Of a stretch of DNA of 64,000 bases, positions 1 to 12,849 are shown piece by piece (the first letter of the stretch is position 1; each line of letters opens with the position of its first letter). The position numbers were made by a program, and so were the translations under genes. The notes under the pieces are model-generated. The model made no database searches and was not told where the DNA came from. It was given only the letters and a program-made list of their open reading frames with translations. Where the stretch lies: the NCBI GenBank assembly GCA_030324005.1, contig JARDVH010000132.1, positions 77,814,252 to 77,878,251 on the forward strand, given 5' to 3'. Origin of the DNA: Negaprion brevirostris (Eukaryota).

Positions 1-1814
1 CAGGTGAAGACCTGAATCCCCACGCCAGATTCTCTGCAATGCCAATGGGAAAACGTATTGCGTAAAACACGTTTGGAACAATGTGGTGTGCAGGTATCGA
101 GATTAACCTGAACAATGTCAGAGGTTGCCTCTGGAATTTGGGTTGGAGGTCGCCTACAAACTAGACCCTGGAACACTATAGCAGTGGGCCGAGGGAGCAT
201 ATGCAGGTGGACCTTCCTGATTCAATTTCTTGGAGGAGGTCCAACTTTCAGCCTCAATGTTCCCAGAGATCCATTTTCATTTGCAGGTGAACCACCTTTT
301 TTCGTCAGAGTGAGTCAGTGATGTTGGGTGCCTTTTCAATCAAGCATCTGGACACGACAGCAGACTACAGACTAACCGGGCCTGCCCCGCCACATAATAT
401 GGCACAAAACACCTGGGTGCTTAATTAATGAAGTCAGGGTTGGAAGAGTTGGTCTGTTTTCCTGCCAGCCTCCACATGAGAAACATTCCACATTTCCACC
501 CCTGCCACAGGACTTGGTCTCAAAATGGGAAAATTCCACCCATGGTCTTGGGATTTCTGAGAGGTTTATTATCTGGAGATTGGAGATCTGGGCCAAAGGG
601 TTTAATTTCACTGCAGCTGGCACCTAGAAAAAGACTTTCCCAAACATGTCTTAGGCCATTCACAGAATATTTCCATATTTTGTTTCCACCTCCCTTCTTT
701 CAGCAGAAGTTTCTGTTCAGTTACAATTCGTGTCAAATTGTGAAAGATTCTTACTGCATTTATCCACGAGGAACTGAGATCACACTGCCTAAAATGTTTT
801 CTTATAGGATACCCAGCTATTAGAATGAGTGTTCACCTTATCACTGTGCTGTGGATTTTATCCCTGATTTGAGAGGTAAAAGGGCCTAACCACCCCAAAT
901 ATTGTGACATACACTATACCGCATGTAACGGTTAGCATTGCTATTCCTTTGCTTTAATAAGATATCCATTTTATTCAAAGTAGCAAATAGTGCTGCAGTG
1001 ACAAAATTCAGTGATAATCATCTACGTACTTAAAGAAACTCTAGCGTACACTGGTAATAACTGCTCCCAAAACAATTACAGATAGTAGGAAGTGAGTAAG
1101 AAGGTTGTAATTTACTTGAAGGTTTCAAATAACATCATAAACCACAAGAACTATGTCCAAGTAGTTTATGGACGTCATATAAACCCTGAAATTAAATTGC
1201 AGGCTTTTACTTACTCACTGGCAGCATTTTGATTAATACAGACTTCAATTAAAAAGATGAAAATTCTATCGATTACAGAAAATCACACTGTTTGAAATAT
1301 ACTGTCACAACTTCAGATTTCATGATTCACCTTCTGATACAATATGGTTAAATCTAGAAATGATTAAAACCAATAATGAAATCTTGGGGCTTAGAAGTTT
1401 CTAAACCCCAGAATTAAATCCAAAAAAATTGTAGAATTCATGTAAATCATTGAATTGCTTGTAAATAGCTCTATTACGTCCATTCTTTTAAGAATTGAAG
1501 AATTTTAAGAATTGAAAATATTTATTCAAATATATGGAGAATTTATTAAGTTTTGATCTTGATTGTGTGCTGGCCAGGCTCATATGAACATTCAGTGCAC
1601 TTTGTGTCAATGAGTGATGCCATTCATAGAAACCTGTCTGCAGTTCCACTGGCTTAATTCCACTTGCCTATCGTTCTCATCCTCAAAGATCTCCAGTTGA
1701 TTCCAATCACCCAGTCTACTGAATACAAAATCTTTTCCTTGTTAATAAGTCCCTTCATGACTCCTCATTGTCTATCACCATAACCTCTTCCATCTTTTCA
1801 CTCTATGCTCATAA

Positions 1815-2087
1815 TCTGAATAAACTAGGCTTGTACTCGTTAGAGTTTAGAAGAACGAGGGGAGATCTCATTGAGACATATAAGATGATGAANNNNNNNN
1901 NNNNNNNNNNNNNNNNNNNNNNNNNNNNNNNNNNNNNNNNNNNNNNNNNNNNNNNNNNNNNNNNNNNNNNNNNNNNNNNNNNNNNNNNNNNNCACGACAG
2001 ATCAGCCATGATCTTATTGAATGGCGGGGCAGGCTCGAAGGGCTAAATGGCCTACTCCTGCTCCCATTTATGTTCTTATGTTCTTAT
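1815..2087 (+). mobile_element. CR1 LINE 3' end
   Basis: Encodes LNKLGLYSLEFRRTRGDLIETYKMM (CR1 ORF2 C-terminus). The 3' UTR has a gaatggc...ggcctactcctgctcc segment and a (tatgttct)n tail. Contains an internal gap. Confidence 0.85.
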
Positions 2088-3804
2088 CTTCTGACTCTGT
2101 CCTCTTTCCTCCTCATATGTATTGCCATTCCCTTTTCAGTTGCCAACTAACCAGATCATACTTCTGTAACTCCCTTCCTTAGCCACATCACTGCTTCTTT
2201 CCCCATCTTTCAGGACTTCCCTCCCAGTATTCATATAATCTAATACTTTGATTTCCAGTTGGCACTCCCTTTCGACGATGTGAATTACAAGTGGTTGTTG
2301 TATTGTGCTATTACAAATTGTTGCTATTGCTGACATTTACAATGTTGGATTCTGGCAATTTGTCAAAAAATAATCTGTAGCTAATTTCTGGCAACTCTGT
2401 GAAAAATGTAATTATGTTATAGTCAAAAGGAAAAATTCCATGACTGTAGCATACATCAATAACAATATACTAGATCTGCATGAATTACTTGGAATGTACA
2501 CAATTATATATATAATGCAAGTAAAAATATACAGGCTGTTTGGATTAGTGAGCAGATTCTGGGTAGATTTGATAAACTCTTATTAACTTTAAGGAATAAT
2601 GTACATCTCCATCAAATATTTAAGCTCTGATTTAATAACAACACATATGACCTTTTTCTGCCATTATTGCACTTACATTAGGTTCAAAGGTACTAAATAT
2701 TGATAAATGAATAAACTATATTTGACTGTCCTGACAGTTCACAAGGTGATGTGATAAGCTAGCCAGTGAAAAGAATGCAGAGGAAATCAAGCTTGGCATC
2801 AAATAATAATCAATCCCACCTGTAACAGGCTCAAATTTTTCTGCAAGTGATAAATCATATCATCACTATTCTGAGCCTTAATCCCTGAAAAGGGCGGTGG
2901 GGGGAAGTTTCATACCAAAATTTATGGCCAGCTACAAGATGAAGGATACCATCCTCAAGGCCTTTCAAGAGACCTCAATATGTTTGCAAATGTTTAGGGC
3001 CATTGGGATAATCTGATCAGTTGAAATCTTTCAAAGTTGCGTGGATTTTATTAGGTGAACATGCTTTTTCAACAGGCTAGAGTAATTATGCAGGGAAAGG
3101 AAAATTGTGAGCAATCTATCATCAGGAGTATGTGTAATGTGATTATGAGGAACTAGCCTAAATCTTTCAACAGCTGAGAAATCTGTAAATGGAATGAAAC
3201 TTCTATTAAACTTACATTTTGCATCACTTCCTGTGCAAGTATTGTCACTTCCTTGCAGATTTGGCAGTGGTCTCTTTGAAGATTCCAGTAGATCTATACT
3301 TGTGGCAATAAATCTCACTAAGCATTACTTTTGAAAATTAAACTTCCTGTTGATTGGAAATTCACATAATTGTTGTGCCCCACTGATTATCCTAAAAAGT
3401 ACAGATTCTGTAATGTAACACTTGGCTTTCTTTAGAAGCGAATTCAAGCAGCTAATTGACCCTGAGGGATTATGAACTGTTGGCAGTTAATAAGTCATAA
3501 AATTCTTGCATAAAGTAGGATACTAGATTCTATCACCGAGACAAATAGTACAAAGACCCAGGGTATAAATATCTAAATGTAGAAAAGAGCTGGAATTTCT
3601 CAGTGACTGCTCTTCTGGAGTCTCCAGGGCATGTTTGCTATGGTTTCCTGACTAGAGAAACAAGCTTAAAAAATGAGCACATTAAGGAGTAATTTGTTTG
3701 AAGGTTCAGGAAGTTTGTGAGGGGGAGGAGGGGGAAGGCAAAAGTGACCTTTAAGCAAGAGCTGGACATTATTACATTTGTCATTTGTTTCCTTTCACCT
3801 TTAG

Positions 3805-3981
<177 letters not shown>

Positions 3982-4201
3982 TTATTCCTAATTAGCTCAT
4001 TCTTCGCTGTTGCACTTTGAATTGCTGCGGATTGCAAAATTGTCCACTGGGACTCAGTCCCAGTGCAGACCAAGTGCATGGCCCCAACCAGTGCTTGTCA
4101 AGCATCGTCTGGTTGATTTTGGTATGCTCTTTGATGTTGTTTTCAAAGCTATGTTATCCAAAAATATATATTTTTCTTTCTTGGTGCCGTCCTATTTTCA
4201 G

Positions 4202-4299
4202 GTTGGAAGCGGCCCTGGTGAAGGCTTCAATGTGAATATCGCCTGGACAGGTGGTCTCGATCCCCCTATGGGGGATGTGGAATACCTTACAGCTTTCAG
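4202..4299 (+). CDS. HDAC9: HDAC9 internal coding exon (98 nt)
   Basis: ttttcAG acceptor at 4200-4201 and GTGTGT donor at 4300. Encodes [32 protein letters not shown] plus AG (phase 2), in frame with the previous exon. Confidence 0.95.
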
Positions 4300-5327
4300 G
4301 TGTGTTCCCACCTGTAGTAATATTTGGTTAAGTTCAAAGCAAATGTACTCTTTTAAATAGCTTCACACAGAGGTCATTGGAAAAGTGTGTAAAATTTTAA
4401 CTCAAAATAAATGTGTACACATTGGATGGCTGGGGCAGAGGGCAGGATGGGGAAAGGGGAGGTTTTAACTTTCCACCCAGTAAGAATGGGGAGGTCTGGT
4501 CACATATGGGGGTTCACCAATATTCTCTGGAGTTTTAGCTCCACAGCAAACCTGTGCCATTACTAGTAGGTTCCCCGCCTGGAAATCAACCTGATTGATA
4601 GGCCAAACTTGGCTGCCAGCTTGATGGGAGCATTGGGACGAGGTTGAAGGACCAGGTAGATTTAAGCCCTCACCCAGAGTGTGAGGTGGGCTCCAGTTCC
4701 TACATGGGGCAGGGGGAAGCAGAGCGAGGGAGGCATTACAGAGGTGAGGGGAAGCAGCAAGAGGTCAATCACTTTGGTGGTTGGAGGATGGAAGCCTTGG
4801 AAATTGGGGTGGTAAGATATGAGGTCAAGGAAAGATTGCATAACTTTGGAATAGGGTGTCTAACTGTAGTAGGGGTGGCAATTCAAGGTGCCTTGAATCC
4901 TACAGGTAAATGGAATGAGACTTATCTCTTTGGTCTACCAATTCTCACCTTTCTGTAGCTATTAGTTTTCAGAAGGTTTGGGAAACTGGGATGTGCGGAG
5001 TTAGGTTTGAAATAGTGGATAAATATGATAATATGAGACATGCAGCCTCATTATAAACTTTAAATTGCCAACCCTCCTCCTGGAAGTGAATGGTTGTCTT
5101 CTGCCACTTCCCCCCAGCTTGTTAAAACTGCAAGTGGGTGGATTAGAAGTAGATCGGAGGTGAGATTCAGTTATTGAACATTTTAATCTCCCATGTGATA
5201 CAAATCCACCAGGTCTTTGGGGGCTAAAATTTCATTCTGGATTTCAATATTGTGGCTGTTCTCTACACCATCTCCAGCACTTGACTATCTTCCTCGTTTG
5301 TCAATATCCAGAACTCGATTTAATGCT

Positions 5328-5443
5328 CAAAATAAAAGCAAAATTGGTCTGATGAAGGGTTATCTAGACATTGGCTCTATTCTCTCCCCACAGATGCTGT
5401 CAGACCTGTTGAGACTTTCCAGAATTTTCTGTTTTTGTTTCAG
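5328..5443 (+). repeat. Penelope-derived short repeat with a partly deleted hammerhead-like core
   Basis: ctgatgaagggt...ctctattctctccccacagatgctgtcagacctgttgag...ttttctgtttttgtttcag. Homologous in reverse orientation to 47390-47530, 31125-31240 and 59632-59716. Confidence 0.6.
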
Positions 5444-5789
5444 TACTCAAAATGGCATGTAACCAGAGCATCGTATAGTTTGATTACTACTCTGTCTCAC
5501 TCGTGTTCTAATTTGTTGTGTAATTCAATATCCTATTGCCTCTGTTGATTGCGACATTGTTGTTTGAATATGACAAGTGTCTAGTCCAGTTCTCCATTAA
5601 TTTCATCCATGGCTACTTCAATACATTCAGATAGTGTTTCTATTGCTTGTTATACCTTTCAATATTCAACACTTTACACTCATTTATACGAAATTTCATC
5701 TGCCTTGATGTGCTACTCCTATCTTTTGTTCAGCTCACTCGGCATTTTCGGATCTTCCCTGTCAATTCAATTTGGTAGCATTTGTAAAT

Positions 5790-6200
5790 TTAATTAATTT
5801 GCATTGGGTTTCAGAATACAACTTATTGATGTAAATTGGAAACAGAGTTGGTTCTACTAATGAGCCCTTGGGCATCCCATTCAATACTTACCTGCCTCCC
5901 CCAGCCTCACTCCAACTTCCCACCCTGTTACTCTCTCTAGAGCCTTTACCTGTTGTTTCCTAAATGTCAGACAACTTTTTATTCAAACATACGTTTTCCT
6001 CTGAATCTCCAGAGTTTTGAGCTTAATTGGCAACCATTCATGTGGAACTTTATCAAGTGTGCTTTGGAAAATTGAATATATAATATTGTAGGGTTTACCA
6101 CAGTTGACTTGGGTTGTTGCTTCCTTGAAGAAATCAAAGAGGTCAGCCAGGCAGAATCCTCCCAGACAAGGTGCATTGTTGAATGCTGTTTGTTTGGGAT
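5790..6200 (-). mobile_element. Old CR1 reverse-transcriptase fragment
   Basis: Minus-strand GFCLADLFDFFKEATTQVNCGKPYNIIYSIFQSTLDKVPHEWLPIKLK is a degenerate form of the CR1 RT motif YLDFQKAFDKVPH. Confidence 0.75.
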
Positions 6201-6919
6201 ACAACCAAATGAAAACTAAATTGACTGTGTGGTGTCACACACAATGTGCATAATGTGTACAGGACCCACTGTGAAATTGTGCTGGTTCATAGTACAACAC
6301 TCAGCTGAACACAATATAAGTTTTTCAAGGGATTTTCCGCTAACATTCACATTAAGCAGGTTCAGCGATGGGAGTGGGAAATATCATGAGAAGGCCAAAG
6401 TTGCATTTCACAGGAAGCGATAGTCTCCTCCCTCCATCAGTGATGGGTCACGTTTCCTGATATTCAATGTTGGAAGCCTCATTATAAGAAATTAACATAT
6501 AATTATCAAGTCCACATCCCGAATATACCCCCAAGTCCAAAAGATCTATCCAAAGCTTGTGATGGCAGAATGGCGTGAAACATGTTTAATTTCAGAAGGT
6601 ACGCATCTGGCGAGCAATGCTCCAGGAAAGCTCAGAGGTGAGCCCAGAGCTCAGGGGAGAATGGATAATGCCTGGAAAGTGCCAGCTTGGTATGAGGCGA
6701 GTGCTGTGGGGCAGCCAAGGAAGGGGTGTCAGGGTGTGGGTGGGTGCAATTAGGTGAAGATTGTTTCCTGACTTGCAGCTGTGTACTGGGGTGACCTTTA
6801 AAATTGACAGCTGGATTATCAAGTGTCTGGTTTGTTGGAAAGGCCAGCAATAGTCATAGAACCCAAGGAACTCCATGTTTGTTTTCCTAAGTACTATACT
6901 GTAGGGTGCAATTTTGTCC

Positions 6920-7100
6920 GCAGATACAATTTTGTCTTTTAAAAAGATTTAGACAGTTACATGGGTATGATGGGTATAGAGGGATATGGGCCAAATATGG
7001 GCAAGTGGGATTAGTTTAGGGATTTAAAAAAAGGGCAACATGGACAAGTTGGGCCCAAGGGTCTGTTTCCATGCTGTAAACCTCCATGACTCCATGACTA
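6920..7100 (+). mobile_element. CR1 (HER1-like) LINE 3' UTR fragment
   Basis: Closely matches the 3' end of the CR1 at 21770-21950 and ends in ccatgactccatgact. Confidence 0.8.
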
Positions 7101-7303
7101 TATGGCAGAGAAAGTTACCATTGCCATTGGCAGCTTTAGTGCTGCATTTCCTGACCGACATCGGCCTTTGCCGATATTGGAGGAAATCCCAGCCTTTGTC
7201 AAACATCATATTGTTGCTAAGCACCAATCTTCCATCGTCATAACACAAAACTATGAGTAGATGGAACAAATTAAAGGTTTGAATGCTGGTTAATAAGGAA
7301 AAT

Positions 7304-7438
7304 GGCCAGAATTTTCTGAACTCGCCCGCGGCTAGGATTTTCTGGTCCCACTGCAGTGAAGAATGTTTTACTGATCACCAAGTTCTCTGTTTCCACTGGC
7401 AGCGGTGGCAGGGGATACGGCATCGGAGAATCCTGGTC
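7304..7438. mobile_element. MITE-like non-autonomous DNA transposon (Harbinger-like)
   Basis: Imperfect 14-bp TIRs (GGCCAGAATTTTCT / GGAGAATCCTGGTC) flanked by a 3-bp AAT direct repeat (7301-7303 and 7439-7441). Confidence 0.55.
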
Positions 7439-8269
7439 AATGACCAATACAAATCACTGAGAACACAGCACAGTGATATTCTATTTAAAAATATACCTGG
7501 CCTGTTGTGTTCTATTTAACAAAGAAACTCTTCTTGAGAGAATATGTTGCAAGCAGTTTTAGGTTGAATGATTGAGTGTGATGCTATTTAAACCATTTGA
7601 GTGTGTCATAGCCTGATCACATTCCCCTAGTCAATTTTTTTTCTCTGTTTTATCACCATTGAACTTATCATTGTGTAGGAACTGTTAGGAAGTTAGAAAA
7701 TGCACCATGAGATACACAAGATAAAGTAAGAAAACCTTATTATGGGAATTAGTCACTGGTGGTCTGATTACTCTGATACACATCCAAGCACTTGAACGAC
7801 TAGTGTACTTTGATGAACTGTTATGATTAAATATTAAACATGCAATAAATTTCAGAATTATGTGTTTTCACATGCATGCAAGGATCACCTTTCGTTTATG
7901 CCTCCATTTTCGAACCTTGCTGTGAGGGAATAATCTAAGCAACAACATTTGTGATTGAATGTTATGCATATATGTTACTTTCACAGCAGAGAGGTGGATT
8001 GTCACCAATTTGTTTTCAAGTAACTTCAGCAAAGATGGATGAAGGTTTTTTTTTTCTGTGCACATGAGCAGTTCAGTCATCCTGATAATTCAAGTGGTAA
8101 ATAGGTTAAGGTCAAAAACTGAAACATCATAGCAGATGACCCATATAACTTTGATTGTAACCACTATGTGGAGGGAATATTCCTCCACGATAATGTTATC
8201 TTGTTTACTCTGGCTGTAAAGTGAAGCTGTAACAGTGATTTTCTTTTCAGTATAGGGTAATAATGATAA

Positions 8270-8545
8270 AAGCAAAGTCATTGGTGAGCAATGCAAGACC
8301 ATTGACCTGGGCAGGACTGGAAGATCTTGCTGATGACCAATGGCTTGCCCCATCCACCACAAGAATAAACTGCTAGGGGAAGGAGTGAAAAATCCCAGCC
8401 ATAATGCTAAAAATCCTGAACATGCAAATACAATGTGGGGAATTCTCTGGCCTCCCCATGGCATGTTTCTCATGGTGAGAGAAGGCAAGCTATTCACCAG
8501 TGGAGGATGTTCTGATCCTGCCACTGTCAATAGGATTTCCCAGTG
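8270..8545. mobile_element. Two adjacent degenerate MITE-like fragments of the same family
   Basis: Shared motifs (gggaattctctggcc, tgatcctgccactgtcaataggattt, aaaatcccagcc) recur at 58960-59072, 59800-59966 and 62490-62850. Confidence 0.4.
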
Positions 8546-9236
8546 TTCCAGCAAACCAATTTCATGATGAATATCATTTTCTTTCTGAAATCTATCCAAG
8601 ATCCACTCCAATCAATGTAGCATATCTTTTCCAGCAATGTGACCCACAACTCTGCGATGCAAATTAAGTATGCTTTATAATATCCATACAATCCATTCTG
8701 TTAACAGATAACAATCCAGGTAGTGAAGGTGAAAATTGACACTAAAAGATTTCAATGTGCATGTTGACAGCGTTGAATAGCTCTTTGGGACCCAAAGTTA
8801 CATTGTGCATTTAACGCTACAGGACAATGCTTTCACATTCAGCCAGCTTATGCTGCCAATAACTTCAGGCTGCTTTTATTAAAGTTTGACATCTAAGTGG
8901 GTGTTATGTTAAGGTAGAATAAATTATCAGGAGAAAGGGTTTGTGTACTTGCTCCCATTCCAACTGAATGAATGGCTGGAACGTACAGAGGAAATTTTGT
9001 CCTCAGAGCCTATAAGGTGTTATGCATTCAAACTGTCATTGTTTTCAATGCAAAAGTGGTTTAGGCAATTTCAATTATCTTGAAATTACCAAATGGCACA
9101 TCAGATCCTGATTCTTTTTTTGAGCAAATTGATCCTGTAAATCTTTTGAATTTTGAGTAGTTCATTATTTGAATTGAACATAGTAGGCTTGATTTCACCT
9201 CAGGATATAAATGAGGCATATGAGGATCAGTTCTTG

Positions 9237-9560
9237 GAATCATAGAATCTACTGCGCAGACAGAGGCCATTTGGCCCATACGTCTGTACTGACAACAATA
9301 CCACCTAGGCCCTATCCCTGTAAGCCCACAGATTTACCCCGCTAATCCCTCTAACCTACACATCCCCAGACACTAAGTGACAATTTAGCATGGCCAATGC
9401 ACCTAACCGGCATATCTTTGGACTATGGGGGCACCCGGAGGAAATCCATGCAGACATGGGGAGAACATGCAAACTCCACACAGACAGTGGCACAAGATGG
9501 GAATCAAACCCATATGTCTGAAGGTATGAGGCAGCTGTACTAACCATTATGCCACCATGC
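9237..9560 (-). mobile_element. HE1-type V-SINE (tRNA-derived)
   Basis: The minus strand has a tRNA-like head (tggttagtacagctgcctca), the V-domain gtctgtgtggagtttgcatgttctcccc and a CR1-type tail ending attctatgattc. Confidence 0.88.
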
Positions 9561-9876
9561 CATCCAGTTGTGAATTGGAACACCCAGTTCTTTAAAATCT
9601 TGGGCCTAACTACCAGTTTTTGAAACTGACTCCCAACCATACCTGGCAAGAATGAAAGGAATTCCACAGGAATGAGTGCAACCACAAACACCAGAAGGCT
9701 GCTGGAGGAAATCAAAAGAAAGAGATCCCACCACAAAGACGAATGCTGAGGTGCAGTGAAGAGGTGGGCAACAGGATCAAAGTAGGGAATCTGGGTGACA
9801 GAGGAGGTATTGGGTTTCCTTCGAATCTACAAGGAAACTTACTAAAAACAAATTAATTGGAATAAACAGGCACATG

Positions 9877-10362
9877 TTTTTTTTTATTCATTCACTGGAT
9901 GTGGGTGTCTTTGACATGGCCAGAATTTATTGCCTATCCCTAATTGTTCTTGAATTGAATGTCTTGCTAGGCCTTTTCAAGGGCCTGAAGTTACATGAAG
10001 GCCAGACTGAGTACAGTATTATGGAATCCCTACAGTACAGAAGCAGGCCACTCGGCCCATCAAGACTGCACTGATTCTCCATAAGATATTTTACCCAACC
10101 ACCGCATTGTGTGGCATTATTGCTAACCACTGTGCCACTGTGCCACCCTGAAGGCAGACATTTGTAAGCCATATGTAGTTTTATGACAATTGATGGTAGT
10201 TTCATGGTCACATTACTGACACTAACTTGCAATTCCAGATTCATTAATTATATTTGAATGTTAGCAATTTCCATGACGGGGTTTGAACCCATGTCCCCAG
10301 ATTATTTGTTTGGGCCTTGCCATTATGAATCCAGTGATATTATCATTATGCCATTGTATCCC
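9877..10362 (-). mobile_element. tRNA-derived SINE (family B) containing a nested, internally deleted HE1 SINE at 10020-10148
   Basis: Reverse-complement match to 12483-12832 on both sides of an HE1 head+tail fragment. Confidence 0.7.
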
Positions 10363-10464
10363 CTTTAAGCCAATAAAGTGGGAAGTGAAATATTTTCATG
10401 TGTAGAACAAGGAGAGGTAATACAAAATAAGGGTACAAATCTAAAGAAGTTGCAGGAGGTTGCA

Positions 10465-10790
10465 AGAAGTTGCGGAGTGATTGGTGGGTATAGATGCACA
10501 TATAATTGAAGTTGGCAGGGCTGCTTGAGAAAGTCATTACAAAAGCGTACATGATTCTATGTATATAAATTGAGGCATACAGTGCAAGCAAGGAAATTAT
10601 GATGTATCTATAAAACATTGGCTCGACCTCAACTGGAATATTTTGTCCAATTCAATGCACAACACTTGAGGAAGAGTATGCATGCTTTAGAGAGAGAAAG
10701 ATCTATAAGAACAGTTCCAGGGATAAGGGACTTCGGTACATGGATAGATGGGAGAACTTGGGGCTGTTCTGTTTAGAGAAGCGAATGTTA
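10465..10790 (+). mobile_element. Old CR1 ORF2 C-terminal fragment
   Basis: tatctataaaacattggctcgacctcaactggaatattttgtccaattc encodes LYKTLARPQLEYFVQF, matching the CR1 motif LYKxLVRPHLEYCVQF. Confidence 0.75.
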
Positions 10791-12482
10791 TAACCCTTCA
10801 GATTTCATTCCTGTTGGACAAGCAGTGTTAAATTCAGGCCTTAAAAATTATACAGCTGCACGTTGTACAATTAATCAGGAATTCTATGTTGAGAATAAAT
10901 ATGAAATGCAAAATATGAACAATTTGGTCCTTCATGATTGCACTGTGTGAATAGACCATAAAAATAACTAGCTAAGGATGTTTTATAGGATAAACAATAA
11001 AATTAATGAAAATAATAAGGAAAATTATTTGGACAAGCATTATTATCATATTTAATTATCAGAGGCAGGGGGTAAGTGTTTTAATTAGCAGGTCCTCGGG
11101 ACATTGAATGACTACAGGCTTTCTTAAACAACCACACAAACATACTGACTCGCTGCCTGCCAGCCTTAGGGTCAGGCCTAAGATGAAAAAGATAAGATAA
11201 TTGGCTCTAATGAAATCCAGAAGTTTGGAGCTTTCTTAGGGCAGAGCGTGTGGAAGTGAGCTTAATTCAAACCAGTTCAACTCTGAGCCCACTCCTGTGA
11301 CTTTGATATCGTTTGAAGTTATAAAAGTGTTTGGTGCACCATTAGCCTGCTGGGCTCAGCCTCCTTGGTTACCTTAATTACCAGACTTTACAGCCGACTT
11401 TACTGCACAGGAAAGGAGCCATTATATGTTTCATCAACATTGGCTGTTTTCAGATTTTAGGAAAAGCAAGGGTAAAGGTCACCGTGGAAAAAGGCAGGGG
11501 GATAAATGAACTGGTTGAAACCTTCTTAAAAAAAACTTTTAACAAAAATTTATTGCAACCCTATACTTTCAAGTATTTTGTGTGCCGTACAAAACAACTT
11601 CACATGACAGAGCACTTCACAAGCATTACATCGACATTATACATGCCAGCCATACATGAACTTCACCTTCTAACTTTAATTTTCAAATGCTTTCCCAAGT
11701 ATGCACCTGATTACCTCATTAGTAAGTTTTCTTAGTTTATCTGTTCATGCTCATGAACATGGAGACAGCCCACCCTTTCCTGCTTTCCGGCAACATATGA
11801 TCACTCCACTAACTTTGCCATTCTCATCCTTTCTGCTCCCAGCTGATGAATTATTACCCACTGGTATGAAATATTTCTCCTTATAAAGTATGTGAGCTGT
11901 ATGAAAGTTGTGTTGAGGCATAGTGTCTTTTTTTTGTAATTTCAACATGGAAGGGGAATCTAGCAGAATTTGTTATCATGCAGGCCTCCCACCAGATTTT
12001 TCTCTGCAAGCTGCACCCAGCTGATGCTTAATGCCCAGGTGTTAAAAAGAAAGGCCCCCTCTTTGCTCTGTATCTATGGCTGCTTCATTGCCATTTATTG
12101 AATCTGTTTTCGGGTTGGAGTAAATTTCTGTGTATGCTACTCCCTAATGTCCACCATAACTTTAGCGTACCTGTGGTTTTCGAAGCTCTATTTTTTACAC
12201 GAAGACAGTGTGAGCATTTGAGTGGAATTACATTCCCATTAATACTTTTTCTACAGTTCTGTTATGTTTTATTGAGATGAATTTAATCCTGGCAGCAGTG
12301 GCCTTGATGGTAAGCATAAAGGTGGAGGCAATCCTGCTCCCACTGTTTCTGACAAACTGCTCATCCATCTCTTTAACTTTTCAGCCTTCAAACATTATGA
12401 GGTGAAGCTTCCATCCTGCTTCAGGAGGGTGTCTTGTCTCATAGAGCTGCCAGTCAGAGAAAAGCTGCTCTGTAGTGTCAGT

Positions 12483-12832
12483 GGGGAGCCGATGGCCAAG
12501 TGGTATTATTGCTAGACTATTAATCCAGAAACTCAGATAATCTTCTGGGGATCTGGGTTTGAATCCTGCCATGGCAGATGGTTAATTTGAATTCAATAAA
12601 AAAATCTGGAATTAGGAAATTACTGATGACCATGAAACCATTGTCACAAAAACCCACCTGGTTCACTCGTGTCCTTTAGGGAAAGAAATCTGCCATACTT
12701 ATCTGGTCTGGGCTACATGTGACTCCAGAGCCACAGCAATGTGGTTGATTCTCAACTGCCCTTGAGCAACTAAGGATGGGCAATAAATGGCCAGCCAGCG
12801 ATACCCATGTCCCACAAATGAATAAAAAAAAT
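12483..12832 (+). mobile_element. Full-length tRNA-derived SINE (family B)
   Basis: A-box-like tggccaagtgg, B-box-like ggtttgaatcc and the 3' tail gggcaataaatggccagccagcgatacccatgtcccacaaatgaataaaaaaa. Other copies are at 44335-44672 and 9877-10362. Confidence 0.8.
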
Positions 12833-12849
12833 CTTTATCAACCACAATT

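Noticed and set aside
4010-4360. 116-aa ORF as a stand-alone gene
   Set aside because: Only 4202-4299 is HDAC-like and bounded by splice sites; the rest is intron.
8090-8611. 173-aa minus-strand ORF
   Set aside because: It spans MITE-like fragments and shows no similarity to any protein family I recognise.
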